Assembly: GCA_964016885.1 (NCBI GenBank)
Contig: OZ024740.1
Location: forward strand, 307,334,001 to 307,398,000
From: Eledone cirrhosa
Lineage: Eukaryota
Direction of reading: 5' to 3'
DNA length: 64,000 nt
Position 1 is the stretch's first letter; each line of letters opens with the position of its first letter. The position numbers were made by a program, and so were the translations under genes. The notes below the pieces were generated by a model. It was not told where the DNA came from. It was given only the letters and a program-made list of their open reading frames with translations, and did no database searches. Shown here one piece after another: positions 11,189 through 21,930 of the stretch.

Positions 11189-14100
11189 ATGACCCTCCCC
11201 AAATATAACAATATCTGTTTCGACACACGATTTCATATAAAAAACCTCGCAAAACTAATTCATCGCCGCTATGGCATTAGCTTGTGCCAAGCTGAAAGGT
11301 TATTGAAAGACACTGTTTTCTGTTATATAAAAACTACAATAACAACAGAACAAATCCGCTTCTTAAAACACTGTGTTTCCTCCAAAACATACACAACAAA
11401 CATATCAAAACAAGTAAATAATTTATTATTGAACAAAACACAAGCTGAACGGCTAAAACACACAATAACAGTTAATATGAAAAGAACAACATACACAAAA
11501 GTCAACGCACTCTACAGACAAAAACGCATCAACGGTAAGGAAATCCGAAATCTCATCACAGCAAACGAGAGAGATGACTTCATGAGCGTCATCCGACGCG
11601 AAACGAAATATGCTCAAAACGAATGCTGTAGGCATTTCAAGAAGAAATTAGAATGGATGAATAAGAAAAAACTACAAGAAAGGAAAATCGAATATTCTCA
11701 AAAATACCCAGATAACATCGACAACATCCGTATGAGTGATGTAAAACTACCGGAAGAATTTACCAATGACCACACAGTAAATATCTATGGGAACACTTTA
11801 ATCAGTGAACAAGAACAACAAATCCTAAAGTTACCACCAAAATTTGCCATCTACAAAAAGATTAACCCTATGGAATGCAAAACTGAACTGGAAAAGTGTT
11901 TCACAAAAATACGTTGGAATGCAAAGGTAAACAACAACAACAATAATAACGGTAGTAGTAATATAAACAATAACTCTGGGTATAGAAATAACAGCCATAA
12001 CCATAACAATGGCAGGAAAGTGAGAAATAGTGATAATGGTAATAATACTAGCGATAGACAGAACAACAACAACCACAATAATAATAATAATAGAAACGTT
12101 AACCACAGACACAGCAACAGTGACCACAGTAGTAATAACGGTAACAATACGAACAACAACAACAACAATAACCACAGTGGTAATAATGGAAATAGTACAT
12201 GTAGCAACATCAACAAAAACAAGAAACATAATAATAGTAACAACCACAATGGTAGAAATAGCAGTAACAACAACAACAATAACGGTGAAGTAAACAACAA
12301 TACATCTAGCAATCATAACAATAATAATATTAAAGCTAATGATAGAAACAACAACAACCACCATGATAATAATAATAGCAACACACACAACTATGACGAT
12401 AGAAATAACGACAACCCCTTAGAGAAACTATTTTTCAACCCAGCTGACAAAACATATAAGATGGGTAATATCTATCCTACGAGGTTACCCTTTAATAAAA
12501 GAGTTTGCATACCACAACAAATAGATGACGAGACGGAGGCACAGTTCACGATAGCTAGAAATAAGATTAGACAAGTAGTAGACAGGTACACTATGAGACA
12601 GAGCAGACCAGAGGCCCAACAACTTGGGATAAAACCTGTAGAAGGCTTGGTTAGCCTCAAGCAGCGCACAAGGGATGGTGAGGTAGTGTGTCTACCCACA
12701 GATAAGTCTGGTAGGATGTCAATAGATAGCATGCCGAACTACATCGAGGCAATGCAACCCCACATCACCAACACGAGCGAAGTTGCACAACTAACACACG
12801 ATGGGAGAGAAAAAATCCTCAACGCTCACATGATGATGTGGACTGACATCCTAAAGCCAAGCAGACGCACTGCCAACAACTTCCAGGCGTCTAACAATGG
12901 CATACCACCCTTGTATGGGCTCCGCAAAGACCACAAGACAGTCGACGACCCGACAACAGGACCACCAACAAGACCTGTATGCGGAGCTAATATAGCTAGC
13001 AACTACAGGATCTCCTACTTCCTCTCAATGGTTATACGCCCCATAATCAAGATGTCCCCAGATGTATGTGAAAGTACAGAGGACCTCCTCAGCAGAATCA
13101 GTGAGTGCAACAAAAACAGGAGCCTATCCAACTGCATAATAGGCAGCATGGATGTGGTGTCACTGTACCCATCCATTAACATTGATTTTGCTGTGAAAAG
13201 ATGTGTGGAGATGATCATTGAGAGTGAGGTGGAGTTCTGCGACGTCGACACAGACGAACTGGGCCTCCTACTTAGACTTACCTACGACACTGACTACCTA
13301 GACAGCCATGACCTTAGATGTTTCTGCCCTAGTAGACCTATAAGAGGTAGACCCCCCACCATAACCTCAATGGCTAAAAAGACTCCCATAGGAAGGTGGA
13401 TTGGGTGGACCAAAGCTATACGGACCCCCCAAAACACTGATCAGGTAAGAAAAATGGTCGCACATGCAATAGGGGCTAGTATCAAAACTACCCTAAAGGG
13501 CCACATATTTAAGTTCAATGAGAAAATCTACACCCAAAATGAGGGAGCAGCCATCGGCGTCAGCATAGCTGGCGATGTTGCCAACCTTTTCATGGTATGG
13601 TGGGAAAGGAGACTTAAAGATCTCCTTAATGAAAGCTCCATAGACCTCATCATGTACTCTCGTTATGTAGACGATATCAATATAGTTATAAGAACACCCC
13701 CACTAGAGAGCACTAACAAGTTTGATTTAGAACGTAGCACGATGGAAAGCATCCAGCAGATAGCTAATTCCATACACCAGAGTATAACTGTAACTATAGA
13801 CTTCCCTTCCAAACACCCTAACAATAGACTACCTGTATTAGACACAGAACTCTGGATTAACACTATAGACGAGAGAGCCCAAATTCTCCACTCACACTAT
13901 GCTAAACCCATGGCCTCCAAATACCTGATACTCAAAAACTCAGCAATGTCCAGTAGTGCTAAGTTTAATATTCTGATCGCAGATTTGGTACGAGTGATGA
14001 AGAATGTGTCCAGCATGTGCGACCCAACAGAAATGGAAGGACACATCCAACACTTCATCAACCGCATGCAGTTCTCTGGCTACAACCAAAGAGACAGAGT

Positions 14101-14821
14101 CAGAGTATACGAAGGAGCCATGGAAAAGTATAAGACCCTCATAGAACTGGACATGAAAGGAATTTGCCCACTATACAGGAGCAAATCATGGAATAGCTTA
14201 GATAGGGCTAGACATAAGATAGGGAAGGCCACATCATGGTACGACAACCAGAGATATCAGAGTGTCATGTTTGTGGACGCCACCCCTGGAGGGAAATTAG
14301 CTAACCAGTGTAGAAAGGCCCTGAGAAAGACCCACTTAAAAATAAAGGTGGTAGAAAAGCCAGGAACCACCATAAAATCCCTGATCAGCAAAACCTACCC
14401 TTTTAAGAAAACCCACTGTACCAATAGGAAATGTATCATATGTAAGGTGAACCCCCGGATAAACTGTAAAACTAGAAACGTAGTCTATAGCATAAGATGT
14501 ACAGAGGGTACTTGTAGAAACACGACAACAACATACATAGGTGAGACAGCTCGTAGCATAGGTGAAAGGATAGACCAACACTGGGGGGAACTAAAAGGAC
14601 GAAAAAACGGGTCAGTACTATACGAACATGCTAGACAACATCATGACGGTAACATAGACAACATAGAAATTAGAATAATATCTAAACATAGGAATGACCC
14701 AGCAGATAGGCAAATCAGAGAGGCCAGTGAAATAGAAATTAGAAGACCAAAGCTAAACAGAAAGAATGAGTGGAACAACAACAACACCCAAACAAACAAC
14801 ACTGACCTAAGAGAAGTGTAA
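11189..14821 (+). CDS. Second full-length PLE RT-GIY-YIG ORF, same translation
   Basis: Same 1210-aa protein as 7072-10704 in the ORF track. Confidence 0.96.
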   Translation: MTLPKYNNICFDTRFHIKNLAKLIHRRYGISLCQAERLLKDTVFCYIKTTITTEQIRFLKHCVSSKTYTTNISKQVNNLLLNKTQAERLKHTITVNMKRTTYTKVNALYRQKRINGKEIRNLITANERDDFMSVIRRETKYAQNECCRHFKKKLEWMNKKKLQERKIEYSQKYPDNIDNIRMSDVKLPEEFTNDHTVNIYGNTLISEQEQQILKLPPKFAIYKKINPMECKTELEKCFTKIRWNAKVNNNNNNNGSSNINNNSGYRNNSHNHNNGRKVRNSDNGNNTSDRQNNNNHNNNNNRNVNHRHSNSDHSSNNGNNTNNNNNNNHSGNNGNSTCSNINKNKKHNNSNNHNGRNSSNNNNNNGEVNNNTSSNHNNNNIKANDRNNNNHHDNNNSNTHNYDDRNNDNPLEKLFFNPADKTYKMGNIYPTRLPFNKRVCIPQQIDDETEAQFTIARNKIRQVVDRYTMRQSRPEAQQLGIKPVEGLVSLKQRTRDGEVVCLPTDKSGRMSIDSMPNYIEAMQPHITNTSEVAQLTHDGREKILNAHMMMWTDILKPSRRTANNFQASNNGIPPLYGLRKDHKTVDDPTTGPPTRPVCGANIASNYRISYFLSMVIRPIIKMSPDVCESTEDLLSRISECNKNRSLSNCIIGSMDVVSLYPSINIDFAVKRCVEMIIESEVEFCDVDTDELGLLLRLTYDTDYLDSHDLRCFCPSRPIRGRPPTITSMAKKTPIGRWIGWTKAIRTPQNTDQVRKMVAHAIGASIKTTLKGHIFKFNEKIYTQNEGAAIGVSIAGDVANLFMVWWERRLKDLLNESSIDLIMYSRYVDDINIVIRTPPLESTNKFDLERSTMESIQQIANSIHQSITVTIDFPSKHPNNRLPVLDTELWINTIDERAQILHSHYAKPMASKYLILKNSAMSSSAKFNILIADLVRVMKNVSSMCDPTEMEGHIQHFINRMQFSGYNQRDRVRVYEGAMEKYKTLIELDMKGICPLYRSKSWNSLDRARHKIGKATSWYDNQRYQSVMFVDATPGGKLANQCRKALRKTHLKIKVVEKPGTTIKSLISKTYPFKKTHCTNRKCIICKVNPRINCKTRNVVYSIRCTEGTCRNTTTTYIGETARSIGERIDQHWGELKGRKNGSVLYEHARQHHDGNIDNIEIRIISKHRNDPADRQIREASEIEIRRPKLNRKNEWNNNNTQTNNTDLREV

Positions 14822-15067
14822 ATAAATAAGTAAATTAAATTAAATAAAATAAGATAAATAAATACATACACAAGCACATAAACACACACTAGTCACCCAG
14901 CAGACACAACACTATACACACTAGTCACACATCACACACGCAAACGCATGCGCAAAGAAGACAAAATAAAATAAGATAAACAAACAAGCAAACAAATAAA
15001 TAAATATATAGACGGACTGAACAAAAAAAAATGGCGTAGACATACAACACAACAGGAGGAACAATGA

Positions 15068-15125
15068 ATATAACACCACTGACGATGTTGCAGATGTGCA
15101 ACGAAAGATTTATGTAAACTATATA
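15068..15125 (+). ncRNA. Hammerhead ribozyme, terminal pLTR
   Basis: Identical copy; CTGACGA at 15079. Confidence 0.75.
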
Positions 15126-15385
15126 TATATGTGTTTGTCTATATTGTATCTGTATTATTTTATTTTTGACCGCCGGTCAGTCAATGGCAACATTGAGGAC
15201 CGAGTAAGTTAGATCGCAGATATATATATATAAAAGACAGCGAGAAGCGAAAACCAACCAAACAGTGAGTGTGTTCTGTTATTAATTCTGGCAATATTAC
15301 GCAAATATGACCCTCCCCAAATATAACAATATCTGTTTCGACACACGATTTCATATAAAAAACCTCGCAAAACTAATTCATCGCC

Positions 15386-16578
<1,193 letters not shown>

Positions 16579-16996
16579 GTATACACAGAGATATATATAG
16601 GCACACACAAACACAACCACACGCATACAAAGATACAAAGACACCCACACTAATAAAATAGTATTCCTTATTGTATCGTTCACGTGACACGTCATTTTCC
16701 TTCTACTGTATTCATTGTCCAGTAGAATAGATTACGTTTTCTATGTTGTAGGGTGTTTATTACTCATTGTACAGCCATAGGATAAGGTTTCAAATCCAGT
16801 TAAAATTCAATATTCTATATCGATTTAATGAAAAGGGTTTTTCTCTGTCATCATCTGTAAACTTCAATGTAAATAACAGGACAAACTGTCCAAGTATCGG
16901 TCACTTTCAGATAGGTTTGTAGTAGAGCCTGTAGCAGGCATTCTTGGTCCCCGGACCACATCCCTACTCACTGCTATCAGAGGTGGAGTTGGTCAC

Positions 16997-17077
16997 CTAC
17001 AGGTACGAGCCCCACGAGGTGGAGTGGCTGTTCCAGCACGTCTCCATCGCCGTCTTCAGGGTAATGTATTCCTCAAC
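16997..17077 (-). CDS. Candidate terminal coding exon of an unidentified host gene (VEEYITLKTAMETCWNSHSTSWGSYL*)
   Basis: GC-rich island; CTAAC branch point, pyrimidine-rich tract and CAG acceptor (17080-17078); one frame open to the TAG; AATAAA at 16761-16756. Confidence 0.45.
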   Translation of the reverse strand, partial: VEEYITLKTAMETCWNSHSTSWGSYL

Positions 17078-17170
17078 CTGTCGGCAAGGACCCAGAGGTG
17101 GAGGGTAAGTTAGTTGGAAGTGGAGAATACTTGTCGGACGTCACTTTCTCTCTATTTCTTTAAAAATCTG

Positions 17171-17227
<57 letters not shown>

Positions 17228-17273
17228 TGTATAAGCTCAAGCTCAATGGACGTTTGTCCAGAGCATCAATAAT

Positions 17274-17342
<69 letters not shown>

Positions 17343-17344
<2 letters not shown>

Positions 17345-17697
17345 CAAAAGATGGTTAAAAGAGTTCCATGTATTTTATTATGCGCATTTCAAAAACAAAT
17401 ATCATCATGGGATGATACTTGCGTTCTCATCAGATAACATAGGGAGACATGATATGAAGTTTGAAAAACACTTGCGAGCAGTGAAGTGTTAAATCTACAT
17501 ATGAACATATGGGATGAGAACGCAAGTATCATCTCATGATGATATTTGTTTTTGAAATGCGCATAATAAAATACATGGAACTCTTTTAAACATCTTTTGA
17601 TCTTATATTATTTATACTCCAGTCCTATAAATTGTTGAGTGCTACTTATCCGATATTTGCATTGCTTTATTGTGCTACAATAAAACTCACCTCCTAC

Positions 17698-17700
<3 letters not shown>
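17343..17700. mobile_element. Decayed PLE pLTR with 89-bp inverted arms, between (TA)n tracts
   Basis: Arms 17343-17431 and 17513-17601; contains a hammerhead. Confidence 0.65.
17375..17437 (-). ncRNA. Type I hammerhead ribozyme (CpG-decayed)
   Basis: TTAT-CTGATGA-long stem II (CAAGTATCATC/GATGATATTTG)-GAAA-palindromic ATGCGCAT-A-ATAA. Confidence 0.7.
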
Positions 17701-17748
<48 letters not shown>

Positions 17749-17750
<2 letters not shown>

Positions 17751-18312
17751 TGAAAAATAAAATCCCATGCGGTTTACCTTTCAATTTATAATCATAAATT
17801 TCAGGTTGGTTGGTTGATTCGATAACCGGATGGTTGTTTATATATTGTCAAAGTTCTTTCGTCACACATTCTGTGATTTCCTCAGTAACTGGGTTTTTAT
17901 TTTGTGTCCCTCCTTTGTTCTGTACTACACGATCTTGTTTTTGTGTGTTGTCTGTTGTGTGCTTAGTTTGCGCATGCGTTATATCCGTGTGTGTGTTTAT
18001 TTATTTGTCACTAGTTGGTTGTTTGTTCTATCTGTGTGTCTCTGATTTGTTTCGTTAGTTTGCTTTTTGTGTGTCTGTATGTCTTCCCTTTGTCCTTAAT
18101 TACTAGTTGTGATGTTGCTATTCCACTCAGGTTTTATGTTTAATTTTGGTTGGAGTTCGATTTTGTTTGTCGCCTCTGTGATTTGCCTGAGTATTGCATC
18201 TTTTCTGTATGTGGATAACATTTTTATCTCTATGTTTTCTAATGTGTCCCTTTGTTCTATTTTGGCATGTTGGTGGAGTACTGGTGAGTTTTTCCTATCC
18301 TGGAATTCACGC
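17749..18312 (-). mobile_element. 3' fragment of a related, diverged PLE family (endonuclease C-terminus + pLTR), ending in (TA)n
   Basis: Translates REFQDRKNSPVLHQHAKIEQRDTLENIEIKMLSTYRKDAILRQITEATNKIELQPKLNIKPEWNSN, alignable to the main ORF end; shares AACGCATGCGCAAA in the UTR. Confidence 0.88.
17847..17889 (-). ncRNA. Minimal type I hammerhead of the diverged PLE
   Basis: GTTA-CTGAGGA-AA-TCACA/TGTGA-C-GAAA-GAACT-T-TGAC; stem I GTTA/TGAC. Confidence 0.7.
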
Positions 18313-18319
18313 TAGTGTT

Positions 18320-18372
<53 letters not shown>

Positions 18373-18467
18373 TTATATATAGACATATATCATTAGAGAA
18401 ACACGTAGTATTTTGTACATATTTATAAAAAGCTTATAATATTTAGGAATCATTATATACTTTAAAG

Positions 18468-18653
18468 GGCGGTGAATTGGCAGTATCGGTAGAGGGTTGG
18501 ATGCCATGCTTTGATGCATAGAGTTACGGCCCTTGCCATTCTGAGTTCAAATCCCGCCGAGGTTAACTTTGCCTTTCATCCTTACGGGGTCGATAAAATA
18601 AAGTACCAGTAATGCACTGGGTAATTGCTGGCCTTGTGCCAAAAGTAGAAACA
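18468..18653 (+). mobile_element. tRNA-derived SINE (octopod-type), followed by a second SINE head at about 18669-18715
   Basis: A box TGGCAGTATCGG, B box GAGTTCAAATCC, body GCCTTTCATCCT...GATAAAATAAAGTAC; flanking direct repeat ATTATATACTTTAAAG at 18452 and 18654. Confidence 0.85.
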
Positions 18654-18822
18654 ATTATATACTTTAAAGGGCGTGGATTGGCAGTATCTGTAGAGAGTCG
18701 GACGCCATGCTTTGCAGCAAAGAGAGATGTGGAACTAATTGTCAGAGGAAAACGTCTTGTTACAAGTTCCAATAGAATACAAAATACCTTTATATCTGTC
18801 ATATTCTGAGAAATAGTCACTG

Positions 18823-18922
18823 TATAGAGATATGTGAAATCCCATGGGATTTTACGCCCCCCCCCCCATATATAGAGAGGGGGGGGGGCGTAAAATCCCA
18901 TTGGATTTCACATATCTCTATA
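18823..18922. repeat. Near-perfect 100-bp hairpin (MITE-like)
   Basis: TATAGAGATATGTGAAATCCCATGGGATTTTACG-C run and its reverse complement with one mismatch; TA ends. Confidence 0.8.
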
Positions 18923-19258
18923 TCCACTCTGCATCTCCCCATGCATTGAATACTCCCATGATTAGCGGTCTCTCCGGTATCAGCACCGCAAACACTCTCC
19001 CTTTTTCCATTTCACTCCCCTCTCTCTGTTTACCTGTTTTTTCTCTTTCTTCCTCTCTCCTCACTACTTTTCCCCTTTTTTTCTTCTTCATTTTACTTTT
19101 CTTTCCCTCCTGGCATTTTGATCGATAAAAGGCCTTGGGTGCGCCGCTGATCGCTTTTAGATGCCCTGTATTAAGCGCCGAAACATCTTGATCCCGGTTT
19201 ACAGCTGATGAAGGATTTCTTTTCTGCTCTTGTTTCCTCCATACTACCATTTTAAACT
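18923..19258 (+). mobile_element. Probable decayed PLE 3' end/pLTR carrying a strand-shuffled hammerhead-like motif
   Basis: HSASPHALNT resembles the PxGLN end of PLE endonucleases; pyrimidine-rich UTR; ends in (TA)n. Confidence 0.5.
19138..19238 (+). ncRNA. Strand-shuffled hammerhead-like motif, copy 1
   Basis: AGATG-CC-CTGTA-TTAA-GCGCC-GAAA-CATCT...TACAG-CTGATGA-AGGA. Confidence 0.55.
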
Positions 19259-20337
19259 ATATATATATATATACCACAAAGAAACGAGATTTGAGGGATA
19301 TTAACATCACACGCTCCTTCCACAGCCTCTGTTATCTTTCGCATCATGCTCTCCTTCGTAGTAAGACTTCTTCATTTTCTTTTGCCCACAGGAGACTCCA
19401 AAGGTTTTCTGTGCCTAGCATCATCAACACTCAACCTTTGAAAACCCATGAGAAACAAACTGAGCTCTGTAACAAACTGAACACAGCCCTCGACTTTGTT
19501 GAGGTCGCTTAGGACATTGAATCATCTTGGAAGGCTCTCCTGAATGCAGAATTATTGGATCCTCTTGCACATATCAGATCGTTTATCGGACCTCCGCTAA
19601 TCTTATGCTAACTCTTCCCGAAAGCACATATGTGTCATCTGTGACCCATTCGAAATAACTAAGGAGTTGTCCGATACCAGTTCCTGAGCAATGTTCATAC
19701 ACCTATATCCCATGTCTGTAAGTTTTTGTGGTGGCCATAGGGGAAAAGAGTAAGGTGAGGTTTGTCAGAGTGCTTCGGTTATTCTTGTTGTTGTATAGTC
19801 CCAGCTCAGCTCTAATCGAGCAGACGTATACCATGTAGATACTCGGCTGAACACGCAAGTGTGATTAACAGATACCAAGCTACACCTATGTCGTTTCTAT
19901 CTGGTTGAGCACTATACTGTATGTTCTAACCTATAGTGGTTAAGTACACGTAGGTTAGTGTTGCATTCTATGTATGTTATAGCCTCATTGCTTTCCAGGC
20001 TGTTTCTGTATGACTTGTCAAACCTGTCTAAGAATACCTATGACCAAAGGTATTGAAGTCATAACGCTATCCAATATTTTTGACATACATATTTTAAAAC
20101 GGGTGGTGGTGATTTGCGGAAGTATTGGATTCTATTTCTACGATGTCGAGCGACCATGTAGACACTGCCTCATTATTATTTAGTTGCAGATAAGCCCTGG
20201 TTGAGCAAACCTATGATAAAAAGGATGCTATTTTGTACATATTGTTGGTGATCACAACAGAGGCAGGCAGGGTGATGAAATCAAACCAAACATAACAGTT
20301 GTTGTAACATTTACTCTTATTATTGGACATATACAAT

Positions 20338-20510
20338 TGGTGAATTGGCAGTATCGGTAGAGGGTCGGACGCCTTGCTTTGACGCATAGAGTTACGGCCC
20401 TTGCCATTTTGAGTTCAAATCCCGCCGAGGTTAACTTTGCCTTTCATCCTTATGGAGTCGATAAAATAAAGTACTGGGTAATTGCTGGCCTTGTGCCAAT
20501 AGTAGAAACA
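20338..20510 (+). mobile_element. tRNA-derived SINE, same family as 18468, with 19-bp TSD
   Basis: Highly similar to the 18468 copy; TSD ATTATTGGACATAYACAAT at 20319-20337 and 20511-20529. Confidence 0.9.
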
Positions 20511-21799
20511 ATTATTGGACATACACAATGAAGTACAGTGTATGGGACTAACGGCGCTATTGTTTCTGCTGCCAGCTTTTGTGTATGTGTTTCAGAAAAT
20601 CATCTGAAGTTGATGCTGTAGGAAAATTGAGGCCTTGAGAGATTCTATCGAGTTGATATTCTAGGAAATCCTGGCGAAGAAGTTCGTGTGAATGATGAGA
20701 AGAAAGCGGAGTGAATCACGAGTGCCTGAATAGAAGTGACATGAGATCGGGAAACTCTAAGTAGCAGAGGTTTAAGTGACAGCAAAAGATGGACGGCTGA
20801 TTGGGGAGGCAACATACTTGTTGACCAGAAACTGGGGTGTACTGGTAAGTGACTTCATGAGGGGAGGAAGAAAACAATTTTTGAATGTGGCACCGTCCCT
20901 GCTTGTATACGGTTGTACTTGTTGGGAACTAAGATTTTTTATGGCCCTAAATAGGAAAACTTATTTTTTCTGATGTGGTTTTTACTATGATATGGATGTG
21001 AGCTTGGCAGGAAAGAACATCAGCGATGGTAAGGCCTAACATAATCTGAACTAAGTGAGAGAGATAGCATTGGTGTTGTAGTTGTGTGTGTATTTGAGGA
21101 TGTGTCTGATTATTTTGGAGAATGACATAGACCGTGAGCATTGGAACTTGCTGTAATAACAAACTATTCTCCTGTGTACGTGGCCCTTCATTTTTAGCTT
21201 CTGCTTTAACCGAGAAGAGTTGTGATGAAAAGTGTTCAAATCGTGACCATCCCACCATCCCATCTTTCTCCGGCATTGTGCATCTATGACTCCAGTTTCT
21301 AGTGTCTCCTTCTTTCTTAAACATTTAATTTGAGACAGAAATTTGGCTGTTATTTCTAGCCAACTGTAAATATTTTCCTCAGGCTTATTTTTGAATGCTA
21401 TGTTTCTGGTGATAATCACAGATAAGGAAAACAAGGTTGACTTCATTGGAGTGCGACAGTTGCTGTTTGTTTGGTTAACTGTTATAGTATTTGTAGTACT
21501 GTTTGTTGTAAATGTTTAAAGAAAACCGCGGTTCTGTCTCTCTTCTCTCTCTCTCTCTCTCTCTCTCTGTGACACACTGTCTTACATATAAATACACATG
21601 CACGAACAATCCATACTCGTCCAAACGCATATTAGACTAACAATACACACTCCTACAAACACACAGGACACCATACACACCGTCCTCACCATCCATGCCA
21701 ACAACAATAACCATAACAGTGAGGGGAAAGATATAAGCAACAAACAGTGTAAACAAGTCGACAGAGACAAAGATTGGCGAGAGGGAGGGAGACAGGGGA

Positions 21800-21801
<2 letters not shown>

Positions 21802-21845
<44 letters not shown>
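21802..21845. repeat. (GT)n microsatellite
   Basis: Perfect dinucleotide run. Confidence 0.95.
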
Positions 21846-21847
<2 letters not shown>

Positions 21848-21930
21848 GGGAATGTTGGGAGGGAAGGAACTACGGAAATTAACGGGAAGGAGAAAATGAT
21901 GTAGAAATAGTGTTGTGACGTTTGTGGTGG

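Larger units (their letters stand above)
5293..15385 (+). mobile_element. Penelope-like element head-to-tail array: 5'-truncated copy, two full ORFs and terminal pLTR (unit 4117 bp)
   Basis: ORF starts at 7072, 11189 and 15307 (periods 4117 and 4118); ends at ...ATTCATCGCC abutting (TA)n. Confidence 0.96.

Noticed and set aside
17003-17060. Plus-strand exon YEPHEVEWLFQHVSIAVFR (CAG...GTAATG)
   Set aside because: Acceptor context is weaker than the overlapping minus-strand exon; disfavoured but not excluded.
20560-21450. Short minus-strand ORFs, possibly a decayed retroelement
   Set aside because: No recognisable motif; cannot be assigned without a homology search.
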